DNA of 64,000 nucleotides. Origin: a virus. The stretch spans positions 1 to 64,000 of IMG/VR virus record IMGVR_UViG_3300029891_000001; one strand, 5' to 3'. How positions within the stretch are numbered: the stretch's first letter is position 1; every line of letters begins with the position of its first letter. Both the position numbers and the translations under genes were made by a program. Below, in pieces: positions 19,994 through 29,826 of the stretch. The notes beneath the pieces are model-generated. The model did not search any database. It worked only from the letters and a program-made list of their open reading frames with translations, and had not been told where the DNA came from.

Positions 19994-20089
19994 ATGGGAG
20001 ACAAGAAACCAAAGAAAAAGAAGAAACAGATTAAAAAAACTAACAAAATTGAAGAAACACCACTTATACCAAAAAAGAAAAAGAAATAA
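19994..20089 (+). CDS. 31-aa lysine-rich microprotein
   Basis: AAGGAGG RBS; MGDKKPKKKKKQIKKTNKIEETPLIPKKKKK. Confidence 0.55.
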   Translation: MGDKKPKKKKKQIKKTNKIEETPLIPKKKKK

Positions 20090-20090
20090 T

Positions 20091-20807
20091 ATGGAAATAA
20101 TCTTAGAACAAATAACTCCAGATGCAGAAGTAGAAATAGAAAAAGCTTGTAGAACTTGTTATTCTAGTTGGCATAGATTTGATCCGCCTAAATCTACTGG
20201 CGAATTAATACAAAAAGTAATTAAAAAAGGACACCATTCTGTATTAGAACATGCTTCTGCAATATTTAGAGTTAAAAATGTTAGTAGGGTATTAACTCAT
20301 GAATTAGTTAGACATAGGCTTATGAGCTACTCCATGGAATCACAACGGTATGTAATATACGCAGACAAAAAAGATAGAAAGAAAACTAAAGACTTCAATT
20401 ATGTTATACCTCCGTCTTTTGAAGGAAAATCTATATCTAAACCAGAGATATTACATTATCCCCCAGAAGGAGATGAAAATACTTCTGTTGTAAAACAATA
20501 TCAATCTGTTATAAAAAATTGTTATAGTTTATATGAAAAAATATTAGACTGCGGAGTCTCACCTGAAGATGCAAGATATGTATTGCCAAATGCTACTTTT
20601 ACAGAGATAATTATATCTGGGAATTTAAGAGCATGGAGAGAACTACTCGTTAAAAGATGTAATCCAAGAGCGCATTGGGAAATTAGGAAAATGGCCGTTA
20701 CGATAAAAGATATTTTAATTGAAAAATGTCCCAATGTATTTTTTGATTTTAAGAAAGGTGAAATTATAATAGATGATGAAAAGAAAATACAAAATATTGC
20801 GTTATAG
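20091..20807 (+). CDS. thyX: Flavin-dependent thymidylate synthase
   Basis: GHHSVLEH, HELVRHR..SYSMESQRY, EDARYVLP, AHWEIR. Confidence 0.96.
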   Translation: MEIILEQITPDAEVEIEKACRTCYSSWHRFDPPKSTGELIQKVIKKGHHSVLEHASAIFRVKNVSRVLTHELVRHRLMSYSMESQRYVIYADKKDRKKTKDFNYVIPPSFEGKSISKPEILHYPPEGDENTSVVKQYQSVIKNCYSLYEKILDCGVSPEDARYVLPNATFTEIIISGNLRAWRELLVKRCNPRAHWEIRKMAVTIKDILIEKCPNVFFDFKKGEIIIDDEKKIQNIAL

Positions 20808-20927
20808 CTTTGATCAAGTTACTGGTTTAGATAGCATATTAAATAGAACAGATATTATTATAGAAAATATAATTACACTTTCTCAAGAAAAAATTCTTAT
20901 AATTTATAAAGAAAAAGGATAATAATA

Positions 20928-21842
20928 ATGTTTCATATTGATTATAGACCTTCATCTTTATCTGAATTTGTTGGAAATGAAAAAGAAATTGCAGAATTAC
21001 AAAAAAGAATAAAGAAATTACCTCAAACTATTTTAATTTCTGGTCCTTCTGGGTGTGGGAAAACTACTTTAGCTCGTATTATAGCTAAAGAGCTTAAATG
21101 TGCCCCATTGTACATTAAAGAAATAGATACAGCACAAGATAGAAGTATCGAAATTATGAGGAATCTTACTAAAGAAGCATACTCAAGACCCCTTATTGGA
21201 AAAAATAAAATATATATATTAGATGAAGCACAACAAATTAGAGATGATAGTCAAAATGCTCTTTTAAAAATAGCAGAAGAACCCCCGACAAACACTTATT
21301 TTGTATTTTGTTCAACTGCACCAGAAAAAATAATCAAAACATTAAAAAACAGATGTTATAAAATAAATCTTAATCCGTTATTAGACAATGAAATAGCTTC
21401 TATCATAAAGGATATAGCAAAAAAAGAAAAAATAGAAATTAACAAACGAATTGGGATGCTAATATTAAAAGAAGCTAAAGGAATTCCAAGAGAAGCTGTT
21501 CAATTATTCGAAAAGCTTAAAGACTGTAAGGACGTTAAAGAAGCAGAAAAATTAATAAAGGGATTTAGTGAAGAAGATACAGAGGTATATGATTTAGTAA
21601 AAGCTATAGTTAGTAAAGATTTTAATTCTATGATAGACAAATTAAATAATCTTCCGAAAACTAGTTATGAATCTATAAGAATAGCAGTTGCTAAAATATT
21701 AAAAGCCTTTATATTAAAATCTGATAATGGAAGAAAAGAAGAGCTATTTAATATATATAAACACTTTATAGATAGTATAGACAATAACTTAGGGGATATT
21801 AATCTATTATATAAGTTTTGGTTAATATCAAAAGGAGAATAA
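20928..21842 (+). CDS. DNA polymerase III gamma/tau-like clamp-loader ATPase
   Basis: YRP.SLSEFVG, GPSGCGKTT, LDEA, NALLK..EEPP. Confidence 0.88.
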   Translation: MFHIDYRPSSLSEFVGNEKEIAELQKRIKKLPQTILISGPSGCGKTTLARIIAKELKCAPLYIKEIDTAQDRSIEIMRNLTKEAYSRPLIGKNKIYILDEAQQIRDDSQNALLKIAEEPPTNTYFVFCSTAPEKIIKTLKNRCYKINLNPLLDNEIASIIKDIAKKEKIEINKRIGMLILKEAKGIPREAVQLFEKLKDCKDVKEAEKLIKGFSEEDTEVYDLVKAIVSKDFNSMIDKLNNLPKTSYESIRIAVAKILKAFILKSDNGRKEELFNIYKHFIDSIDNNLGDINLLYKFWLISKGE

Positions 21843-22285
21843 TGTTTAAAATAAAATATAAACATAACTTTGAAGCTGCACACCGTTTAACTAATTATGA
21901 GGGAAAGTGCAAAAATATTCATGGGCATAACTATGCTGTTCGCATTACAATTTCTTCTGCTACATTAGACAAAGATAATATGGTAATAGATTTCAACAAA
22001 CTAAAAAAAATATGTAAGAATGTAATAGACAAAAATTTAGATCATTGTATTATATTAGACAAAAAAGACAAAAATCTATACAAATCTTTAAAAAGTATGG
22101 ATCATAAAATTTATCTAATACAGGGAAGTCCAACTGCAGAAAATTTAGCATATGAGATTTATCTTCTATTATTAGCAAATTTTAAAGAAAAAGAGAGATA
22201 TTTTTTGGATTCCGTAGAAATATATGAAAATGATAAAAGCATAGCAATATGGGAAGATTCTTTAAAAAGGGTTAAAGATGAATAG
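21842..22285 (+). CDS. queD: 6-carboxy-5,6,7,8-tetrahydropterin synthase
   Basis: FEAAHRL..Y.GKCKNIHGHNY, DF, LDH, PTAENLA, YE. Confidence 0.93.
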   Translation: MFKIKYKHNFEAAHRLTNYEGKCKNIHGHNYAVRITISSATLDKDNMVIDFNKLKKICKNVIDKNLDHCIILDKKDKNLYKSLKSMDHKIYLIQGSPTAENLAYEIYLLLLANFKEKERYFLDSVEIYENDKSIAIWEDSLKRVKDE

Positions 22286-22664
22286 CGAAATCGTATGTAA
22301 ATTTAATGTTCCGGGATTGCATTTTTGGCCAAATCCCCCAGAAATATATAACTATTTAGGAAATCTTCATAGACATATTTTTTTCTTTGAAATATATATA
22401 AGAGTTGGTGAACTTAATAGACAATATGAATTTATTCACTTAAAATCATTATTAACAGAATTAGTATTAAATTCTTTTCATAAAGCTACACCACAAAGCA
22501 AACTTGGGCATTTAAAAAATACAGTATTATTTGGAGGAATGTCTTGTGAAATGATTGCTTTAGAATTATACACTTTGATAAAAAATAATTATGTTTATGA
22601 TATTTCTAAAATTGCCGTATATGAAGACAATGAAAATGGAGCTATATTGAGTTATGAAAATTAA
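22278..22664 (+). CDS. Second QueD-like T-fold protein
   Basis: GLHFWP...HRHIF...EF...SCEMIA...EDNENGA; adjacent to queD. Confidence 0.6.
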   Translation: MNSEIVCKFNVPGLHFWPNPPEIYNYLGNLHRHIFFFEIYIRVGELNRQYEFIHLKSLLTELVLNSFHKATPQSKLGHLKNTVLFGGMSCEMIALELYTLIKNNYVYDISKIAVYEDNENGAILSYEN

Positions 22665-22670
22665 GGAATT

Positions 22671-22772
22671 GGGGGTGAAAGGATTCGATTCAGATGCACC
22701 GATACAGAGTTTATTATATTATTCGCCGGATCATAGCATCTGAAGACTCCGGTTCGACTCCGGACACCTCCA
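22671..22772 (+). ncRNA. Minimal tmRNA-like RNA (tRNA-like domain plus short helix)
   Basis: 5' GGGGGTGAAAGGATTCGA; acceptor GGGGGTG/CACCTCC-A with G3.U70; helix TTCAGATGC/GCATCTGAA; GAC-TCCGG-TTCGACT-CCGGA T-arm; no D-stem or anticodon arm. Confidence 0.85.
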
Positions 22773-22781
22773 CTTATAAAT

Positions 22782-23129
22782 ATGAGTAACACTAACGATA
22801 TAATAGAAAATTATTTACTTGAAAAAGTAATTAATAATAAAAATATACAAGACAAATTATTAAGGAAAAAAAATAAATTACATAGGGAATTAAAATTATG
22901 GGAATTTGAAAAAGAGAAATTAGTTAAAAAATTAGAAAATTCTGCTAGTAAATATTATAAGAATATAAAAAGTCAAGTAACAGAAGTAGAAATTACTATA
23001 GAAAAAATAGAAGAAAACATTAAAGAAATAAATAAATATGTAAACGGAGTAAATATAAGTGGTAAACAACAAAGGCCAACAGTTAGTAGAAAATTTAAAA
23101 GAACAAAAAGAATTAAAGTCAAAGATTAA
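22782..23129 (+). CDS. Coiled-coil hypothetical protein
   Basis: K/E-rich heptad pattern. Confidence 0.6.
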   Translation: MSNTNDIIENYLLEKVINNKNIQDKLLRKKNKLHRELKLWEFEKEKLVKKLENSASKYYKNIKSQVTEVEITIEKIEENIKEINKYVNGVNISGKQQRPTVSRKFKRTKRIKVKD

Positions 23130-24078
23130 AGTAAAATTCTTACATTTAGCATATCATATTCACGAGAATTTGTTTAGAGATTCGTTTATGATCGGGGGTT
23201 TTTATAATTGGCATTTAGCTTTTGAGGGAGAATTTAAAAGATATAACCCAAAAGTAGAAAGCGAATTAGAAAAATATGATATATTATTTGTTGGTTTAAG
23301 TCGCCCAGAATTAGAAGGTGCTTTAATAACAAGATTAAGAAATAAAATTGGGCCTAATAGCAAAACTAAAATTGTTGTATGTATTGATTATGCTATAGAA
23401 TTATGGCAAGATACTTTTCAATATTTTCTATTACAAAAAGAATTAGTGCAAGCAGATTTAATCTTTACATCTGAACCCATGATGAATTCATGGGTTTCTG
23501 CTTTAATTAATGACGATTCAAAAGTTCATCATATAGTTCACCCTTCCAATTTAGATGCAATCAGACATTACGCAAAGCCATATGAAGAAAGAACAATGGA
23601 AATAGCTTCTATTCTTCATAGATATGACAATTATTGGACTCCTCTTTGGTTAGCTACAAAAGATCTTCCGTATAATAATACTGTAGTTTTATTAGATCCT
23701 AATGTAGAAATTAAAATATTGCCCTATTTCGCTTTTACTAAACATGGATTTAAATTTACTCATTATTTAGATTGGGTATCAAGACACAAAGTAGTAGTAG
23801 ATTCTTATCACAGAATTCATACATATGGAAGAACTGCTGTAGATAATGCTTCGTTAGATTTACCTACTGTAGGAGCTGATTGGACATATTCTCAGAAAAA
23901 AATATGGCCAGATCTATGTGTGAGTGCAGGGGATGTATGGAAACAAAAGAAATTAATACAAAAGTTAATGGAAGAAGAATCTTTCTATTTCGATTGTATA
24001 GAAAAAGCGAGAGAAGCTGTACAATTTTATTCTTATGAAAATAGAAAGAACGAATTACTTAATAAACTTTATAACTAA
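23059..24078 (+). CDS. Putative GT-B glycosyltransferase
   Basis: C-terminal TYGRTAVDNASLDLPTVG resembles the GT-B nucleotide-sugar-binding helix motif. Confidence 0.6.
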   Translation: MVNNKGQQLVENLKEQKELKSKIKVKFLHLAYHIHENLFRDSFMIGGFYNWHLAFEGEFKRYNPKVESELEKYDILFVGLSRPELEGALITRLRNKIGPNSKTKIVVCIDYAIELWQDTFQYFLLQKELVQADLIFTSEPMMNSWVSALINDDSKVHHIVHPSNLDAIRHYAKPYEERTMEIASILHRYDNYWTPLWLATKDLPYNNTVVLLDPNVEIKILPYFAFTKHGFKFTHYLDWVSRHKVVVDSYHRIHTYGRTAVDNASLDLPTVGADWTYSQKKIWPDLCVSAGDVWKQKKLIQKLMEEESFYFDCIEKAREAVQFYSYENRKNELLNKLYN

Positions 24079-24088
24079 AGGATATTTT

Positions 24089-24778
24089 ATGTCGTTTTCA
24101 AAAGAAAAAATCGTAGCATTAAGAGAAAAGTTTCCAGACGAATCTCTTCAAACAAAACAAGGCTCTAGAGACAAAAAAACGGGACAATATAAGATATTAG
24201 TAGGTTATAAACCACAATATATTATAGAAAGGCTTAATGACGTTTTGGGCCATGAAGAATGGGATTTTGAAGTAATAACCTCTGAAATTAAAGATGGTTG
24301 GGGAGTTGTTCTTGGAAGATTGTCTGTTTATGAATTCATAACATATCAAGATGAAGAAAGTACCCTTAGAGAACGAAGACTAGTTTGTAAAAAAGAACAA
24401 TTTGGGACAGCTACATTAAACGCTGAAACTGGAGCTGGAGATTGCCTGAAAGGAGCCGCTACTAATTCATTAGAAAAATGCTCTTCTTTATTAGATATCG
24501 GGCATCTTGCTTATAAGGGTAAAGAAAAAGTTCACAAAGATAATGGAGAAGAAGTAAGAGGAACCGAAGGAACTGAAGAAGTTAAAGAAACAGCTCCGTC
24601 TATTTCTTCAAAGAAATCACAACTTAGTGCTATATGCGCAGAAAAAGGAATTAAAAAAGTAGCCTTTAATTCTATGATTAAAAATGTTCTCAAAGAAGAT
24701 AAAAAGCATACTGACTTAACATCTGAAGATTTAGACAAATTAATAGAACATGTTAAAAGTAATGGAGCACCATTTTAA
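24089..24778 (+). CDS. Rad52/Sak-like single-strand annealing protein
   Basis: YIIERLNDVLG...WDFEV; KGAATNSLEKC..LLDIG..AY. Confidence 0.82.
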   Translation: MSFSKEKIVALREKFPDESLQTKQGSRDKKTGQYKILVGYKPQYIIERLNDVLGHEEWDFEVITSEIKDGWGVVLGRLSVYEFITYQDEESTLRERRLVCKKEQFGTATLNAETGAGDCLKGAATNSLEKCSSLLDIGHLAYKGKEKVHKDNGEEVRGTEGTEEVKETAPSISSKKSQLSAICAEKGIKKVAFNSMIKNVLKEDKKHTDLTSEDLDKLIEHVKSNGAPF

Positions 24779-25008
24779 TGAAAAAGATAACAAGTCTTAT
24801 TTATAATAAGTTTCAATACAAAATGGAAGATAGTTCTGATTGGAAAAGATTAGGTGCAATAATAAAAATGTTTGGAACAGAAATTGTTTTAGAAGCAATA
24901 GACGATATAGAATACCACGGGCAAGGATTAAATCATTTATTCGCTATGATAACGATAGAATGTAAACACATAATAAATGAAACCGATATAGATTTTGAAA
25001 AATTATAA
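24778..25008 (+). CDS. Small protein upstream of the helicase
   Basis: Coupled ORF. Confidence 0.6.
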   Translation: MKKITSLIYNKFQYKMEDSSDWKRLGAIIKMFGTEIVLEAIDDIEYHGQGLNHLFAMITIECKHIINETDIDFEKL

Positions 25009-26299
25009 AAATACAGAATCAGACAATGAATGGTACATATTATACTGTTTAATTGACGACAGTTGTAAGTATGATATATTATCTAAAATTCAGCTAAAAC
25101 ATTTTAGCAGTATAGTAACTAAAGAAATATATGCTTTTTGTTCTGAATTGATACAAAAAGACATAAAAATAGATATAACTCTTTTAATCTCAAAATTTTC
25201 TCAATATGAAATTATAATAAAACAATACTTCACTCCAGTAAATACTAAGAATTATTCTCTTTATATAGATGAACTATTAAACAATTATGCTAATAATTCT
25301 ATTAAAAATTTTGGGATTAAAATATCTAAAAATGATATTGGGACAAAAGAGATATATTCAGAAATACAAAATCTCATAGATGATATATCAGACAAACAAA
25401 ATGATAATATCTGTCTTATAAAAGATATAATAGACGAATATTTTGACAATCTATTAAGTGAAGAAGAAACATTAACTGGAATCCCATTCTACATAAAAGA
25501 TATAGATAATATTATAGATGGACTTAAATCTGGGGATTATATTATTATCGCTGGCCGTCCATCTATGGGTAAAACATCTTTAGCTACTCATATAGTAATG
25601 GAAAATGTTCTTAATGGTGTCTCAACTGTATTTTTTTCAATGGAAATGTCTAGAAATCAAATATTAAGCAAAATATTAGCCAGTAAATTAGAAATAGAAT
25701 TATGGAAAATAAAGAAAAAGAGATTGAATGAAGTAGAAAAAGAAAAATTGATTAATATAAAAGAAGCACTAAAATCATCTCCACTAATAATAGATGAAAA
25801 TTCGCTATTAACGATAGAAGACATTAACGCTAAAGTTCAAAAAGCTAAAATACAATTTCCAGATTTGGGATTAATAGTGATTGATTATCTTGGATTAATG
25901 GATGGAAAAGGAGGGAATAGAAACGAAATAGTAAGTAATGTATCAAAAGGGCTAAAGTCTATAGCTAAACAATATAAAGTTCCAGTTATAGCTCTTTCTC
26001 AATTATCTCGCTTATGCGAACTAAGAGAGAATAAACGCCCAGTTTTATCTGATTTGCGCGACAGCGGGAGTTTGGAGCAAGATGCGGACATAGTTATGTT
26101 CGTATATAGAGATCATTATTATAATTACAACCCTCAACATGAAAGCATTTGCGAAATTATAATAGGGAAATTCAGAGATGGGCAAACAGGTAAAACAATA
26201 GTAAATTATGATTTAAAAACACAAACATGGAAAAGTATTCTCAAAAATAGTAGATTGTGGGAATATGCTAAAAAATTCTATTTTGAGACAAAGGAGTAA
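24995..26299 (+). CDS. dnaB: Replicative DNA helicase
   Basis: AGRPSMGKT, FSMEM, IDYLGL, ALSQLSR, RPVLSDLRDSGSLEQDAD. Confidence 0.96.
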   Translation: MKNYKNTESDNEWYILYCLIDDSCKYDILSKIQLKHFSSIVTKEIYAFCSELIQKDIKIDITLLISKFSQYEIIIKQYFTPVNTKNYSLYIDELLNNYANNSIKNFGIKISKNDIGTKEIYSEIQNLIDDISDKQNDNICLIKDIIDEYFDNLLSEEETLTGIPFYIKDIDNIIDGLKSGDYIIIAGRPSMGKTSLATHIVMENVLNGVSTVFFSMEMSRNQILSKILASKLEIELWKIKKKRLNEVEKEKLINIKEALKSSPLIIDENSLLTIEDINAKVQKAKIQFPDLGLIVIDYLGLMDGKGGNRNEIVSNVSKGLKSIAKQYKVPVIALSQLSRLCELRENKRPVLSDLRDSGSLEQDADIVMFVYRDHYYNYNPQHESICEIIIGKFRDGQTGKTIVNYDLKTQTWKSILKNSRLWEYAKKFYFETKE

Positions 26300-26301
26300 C
26301 A

Positions 26302-26595
26302 ATGATTAATATTTCTGAAATTAAAGTTCGTCCATACGAAAGGGGAAAGTCTAATTTAAAGGCTTTCGTTGATGTATTGATAGACGAATGTTTAGCTATT
26401 AATGGTATTAAAATAATGGACGGCAAAAATGGGCTTTGGCTTTCTATGCCATCTGTAAAGGGTAAAAATGATAAGTGGAATGATATTGTATATCCTATTA
26501 ATACTGATACTAGAAAATATATGACAAAAGAAATTTTGAAAGCATATGATAATACTCTAGCTAAGAAAGAAGAACTGTTCGGAGATGATAAGTAA
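26302..26595 (+). CDS. spoVG: SpoVG-family nucleic-acid-binding protein
   Basis: ISEIKVR...LKAF..V.ID....I.GIKI.DGKNGL..SMPS.K...DIVYPIN. Confidence 0.88.
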   Translation: MINISEIKVRPYERGKSNLKAFVDVLIDECLAINGIKIMDGKNGLWLSMPSVKGKNDKWNDIVYPINTDTRKYMTKEILKAYDNTLAKKEELFGDDK

Positions 26596-26685
26596 AATCA
26601 ATCTTGTATAAATTAAAGGCAAGACGTACAGGTTTGAATCTTGCTGTCTTTCCAAAAATATTACCCTATAACTTGGAGACAAATA

Positions 26686-27450
26686 ATGAGCGATAGATGG
26701 TGCGAAGACGAAGAAAAGATTTTGATAAAGTTCTTTACTGGAAATGTTTCAGCTATGACTACGTACCAAAGGCTCATAAGGTTATGGGAAGCTAAAAGCT
26801 TCCCATATCGCTCTTATGAAGCTATGATGCGACGAATAAGATATTACAGAGAACAATATTACTGGGGAAGTACTAAACAACTTGCTATACAAGAAATGAA
26901 AGTGGGATATTTAGATATAGAAACTACTAATCTACAAGCAGATTTTGGGATTATTTTATGTTGGTATATAAAAGAAAAAGATAAAAATTGTTACGATCAC
27001 TCTATTATAACAAAAGAAGAAATGATAACTTATAAATTTGACAAAAGAGTTGTAAACGATTTATTAGAAGCAATTAAGAAATACGATATTTTATATGTTC
27101 ATTATGGGTCAGATCGCAGATTCGATATTCCATTCATAAGAACTAGAGCTTATGCTAATAATTTAGAACATAAATTACCAAGGAGAATGGAGAAGTATAT
27201 ATTAGATACTTATCCAATTGCTAGAAATAAATTGAGATTACATAGCAATAGATTAGATTCTATAGCAGATTTGCTTGGAATTAAAATACAAAAAACAAGA
27301 CTTTCGCCAAGAATATGGAATTTAGCTAGGGCTGGTCATAGCGAGTCATTGGCTTATGTGGCCTTACATTGTAAAAGAGATGTAGAAATTTTAGAAAAAG
27401 TTCATGAAAAATTATCTATTGTAGAAAGTCCTATTTATAAGAGCATGTAA
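26686..27450 (+). CDS. RNase H-fold (DEDD) 3'-5' exonuclease
   Basis: YLDIETT, FDIPFI, HCKRDV. Confidence 0.85.
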   Translation: MSDRWCEDEEKILIKFFTGNVSAMTTYQRLIRLWEAKSFPYRSYEAMMRRIRYYREQYYWGSTKQLAIQEMKVGYLDIETTNLQADFGIILCWYIKEKDKNCYDHSIITKEEMITYKFDKRVVNDLLEAIKKYDILYVHYGSDRRFDIPFIRTRAYANNLEHKLPRRMEKYILDTYPIARNKLRLHSNRLDSIADLLGIKIQKTRLSPRIWNLARAGHSESLAYVALHCKRDVEILEKVHEKLSIVESPIYKSM

Positions 27451-27460
27451 TGGAGGTAAA

Positions 27461-27862
27461 ATGAAACATACATCAACACCGTGGATTGCAAAATTATATG
27501 CTCCAGATAAAGATGGCAGACCCCATTGGGGAGTTCGTCAATCGCCCGACGTGCCGTCTGTATCAGTGGATGGGACATTGTTACCCTGTCAATTTTGCAT
27601 TTGCGAAATTGTTGAGCAAGATATGGAAGATATCGAAAATGGAGAAGAGAAGGCCAACGCCGAATTCATCGTAACTGCCTGCAACGCCCATGACGAACTG
27701 GTGGCGGAAAACGAGAGACTGAAGGAAGCATTGAATAAAATTGTCGATACTCCTCCAATGCTAACGATAGTGAAACCATTTATCTCGTCAAAAACTTGTC
27801 CTCGATGCCAAGATATTAGGGGTATTGCCCGTGCCGCTCTCAAGAAAGCGAGTATAATTTAA
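27461..27862 (+). CDS. Phage hypothetical protein (HT.PW...ANA.FIV.A.N type), GC-richer than its neighbours
   Basis: Recurrent phage motif; GGAGG RBS. Confidence 0.7.
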   Translation: MKHTSTPWIAKLYAPDKDGRPHWGVRQSPDVPSVSVDGTLLPCQFCICEIVEQDMEDIENGEEKANAEFIVTACNAHDELVAENERLKEALNKIVDTPPMLTIVKPFISSKTCPRCQDIRGIARAALKKASII

Positions 27863-27866
27863 TATT

Positions 27867-28526
27867 ATGGATATAAAAAAATTCTATAAAGAACAATATA
27901 AATCAGATTATGTTGGGCGTATGCCAAAATGGCTAGAAAAAGAAGCCATAAAAGAAAGTGAAATATTCAAATATTTCTTATCTTACTTAATTACATTCCA
28001 TCCCAATTATAATCTTGGAATAATTTTAGATATAGGTGCAGGACAACTTAGAATTATAGATGAATTATATCCATTTCTTTCAGAAAAGTATATAGCTCAA
28101 GATATTGTTATGCCTTCTTTTTTTCCTGCTAAAAATAAATATGTAATGGACATAAAAAGAAATATAATAGAAAAATCTTATATAGTTGGGAATATTACGG
28201 ACGACATAGAAACATTACATAAAGTATATAATGTTTATCAAGAATACCCATATTTAATAATTAGTTGGGGTGTAGATGAACATTTGTCAAAATATGAGTT
28301 TGATCTTATGTTCGAAAAATTCAAACAAATGAATACCCCGTATATTATTTGGCAAACAATAAGACTTGATACTATAAAAGGTTTAAGATTAGCTTGGGGA
28401 GAAAGAAAAATAACTAAAAGTTATAGAAGTATTGCTTTTTGTAAACATTATTTCAAAAAGAACAATTTCAAATTAATAGAAATGAAACAAACAAAAGTAT
28501 CTAACATATACTTTATTGAGGGATAA
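27867..28526 (+). CDS. Class I SAM-dependent methyltransferase
   Basis: ILDIGAGQLR motif I. Confidence 0.7.
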   Translation: MDIKKFYKEQYKSDYVGRMPKWLEKEAIKESEIFKYFLSYLITFHPNYNLGIILDIGAGQLRIIDELYPFLSEKYIAQDIVMPSFFPAKNKYVMDIKRNIIEKSYIVGNITDDIETLHKVYNVYQEYPYLIISWGVDEHLSKYEFDLMFEKFKQMNTPYIIWQTIRLDTIKGLRLAWGERKITKSYRSIAFCKHYFKKNNFKLIEMKQTKVSNIYFIEG

Positions 28527-29224
28527 TGGCAAAAAAAAGTAGAGGTAGAAAAAAAAGTAAAAGATATTCTATAAAAGAAATCTTTCAATCTATTCAGGGT
28601 GAAGGGGAACTTCAGGGGTTATGGACATGGTTTATAAGATTCTCTGGATGTGGCATGAATTGTTTTTTTTGCGATACAGATTGGAAACCTAGTAAATCTG
28701 ATCAAAAACTAAGTAAATTACAAATTGCAAAGATATTAGTTAAATACCCACAAACAAAATGGATATTCTTTACTGGGGGAGAACCACTATTACAATTAGA
28801 TGAAGAACTATGTTTTGAATTAAAAAAATTAAATTATAAATTAGGTATAGAAACTAATGGGACAATAGAAACTGATATTTTACCCTTTATAGATCATATA
28901 AGTTGTTCACCAAAAGTTCCAGCAGATAAAATGGAACTTATAAATTATGATATAGACAGTATGAAAATGATATACCCGTTTTTAGATAAAAATGGGAATC
29001 AAATAAAAGAAATGTTACCAGAAGTATTCAGAGAAAATTACGAAAAAATTATCAACAACAATCCAGATGGACATACAGAAGTTAGAAATTGGTTTATTCA
29101 ACCTTGTGAAACTGCTGATATACCAATTAATATTTCTATAGAAAATTCTATAAAAAAATTAGAAGAATTAAAAAATGATTGGAGATTATCTATACAACTA
29201 CATAAAATTATTGGGGTCAAGTAA
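28526..29224 (+). CDS. queE: 7-carboxy-7-deazaguanine synthase (radical SAM)
   Basis: EIFQSIQGEG, RFSGCGMNCFFCDT, TGGEPLLQ, IETNG, SPK, RLSIQLHK. Confidence 0.95.
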   Translation: MAKKSRGRKKSKRYSIKEIFQSIQGEGELQGLWTWFIRFSGCGMNCFFCDTDWKPSKSDQKLSKLQIAKILVKYPQTKWIFFTGGEPLLQLDEELCFELKKLNYKLGIETNGTIETDILPFIDHISCSPKVPADKMELINYDIDSMKMIYPFLDKNGNQIKEMLPEVFRENYEKIINNNPDGHTEVRNWFIQPCETADIPINISIENSIKKLEELKNDWRLSIQLHKIIGVK

Positions 29225-29826
29225 TGAAAAAAATAGATGAAAAAATATTATGCTCTTGGATTGATTTAGTAAAGTTTTATCATGAAAAATATTCTTGTTT
29301 CACAGAAGAAGAATTAGCTAATACTCCGTTTAGATTATATAACGCATTCGAAGAATATACAAAAGGATACAAAGAAAATCCAAAAACTATATTAAATAAA
29401 AAATTCTATAGTGAAAAAAATGAATATTATATCAGCGAAGACATTATAGCACAGACCAATATCCCATTTACATCTATGTGTTCTCATCATTGGGCACCAT
29501 TTGTTGGTAAGGCACATTTTGGGTATATCCCAAATGATAACGGAGTAGTTGGATTAAGCAAAATAGCTAGATTGATTAAATGTTTTTCTAGAAGATTTCA
29601 AATACAAGAACAATTAGCCAATCAAATTGTAAATAATTTTCAAGAAGTAATAAAATCAAAAGGATGCATTATAATATTACAAGCAAGACATATGTGTACA
29701 GAAAACAGGGGAGTAAAAGTTCATAATTCCCCGATGATCGTTTCTGCTGTAAGGGGATGTTTTCAGACTGATGAAACTCTAGAAAACAAATTCTATAACT
29801 TAATTAATTTAGGAGAAAGAAAATGA
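29224..29826 (+). CDS. folE: GTP cyclohydrolase I
   Basis: TP.R, SMCSHH..PF.G, GLSKIAR, QIQE.L, HMC...RG. Confidence 0.95.
   Translation: MKKIDEKILCSWIDLVKFYHEKYSCFTEEELANTPFRLYNAFEEYTKGYKENPKTILNKKFYSEKNEYYISEDIIAQTNIPFTSMCSHHWAPFVGKAHFGYIPNDNGVVGLSKIARLIKCFSRRFQIQEQLANQIVNNFQEVIKSKGCIIILQARHMCTENRGVKVHNSPMIVSAVRGCFQTDETLENKFYNLINLGERK

Noticed and set aside
22671-22772. Canonical tRNA-Ala, or attP fragment of ssrA
   Set aside because: There is no D-stem or 7-nt anticodon loop. Both tmRNA ends and the connecting helix are intact, and no integrase is nearby.
26617-26652. T-arm-like hairpin CAGG-TTTGAAT-CTTG as a tRNA
   Set aside because: No acceptor, D or anticodon arms can be built around it.
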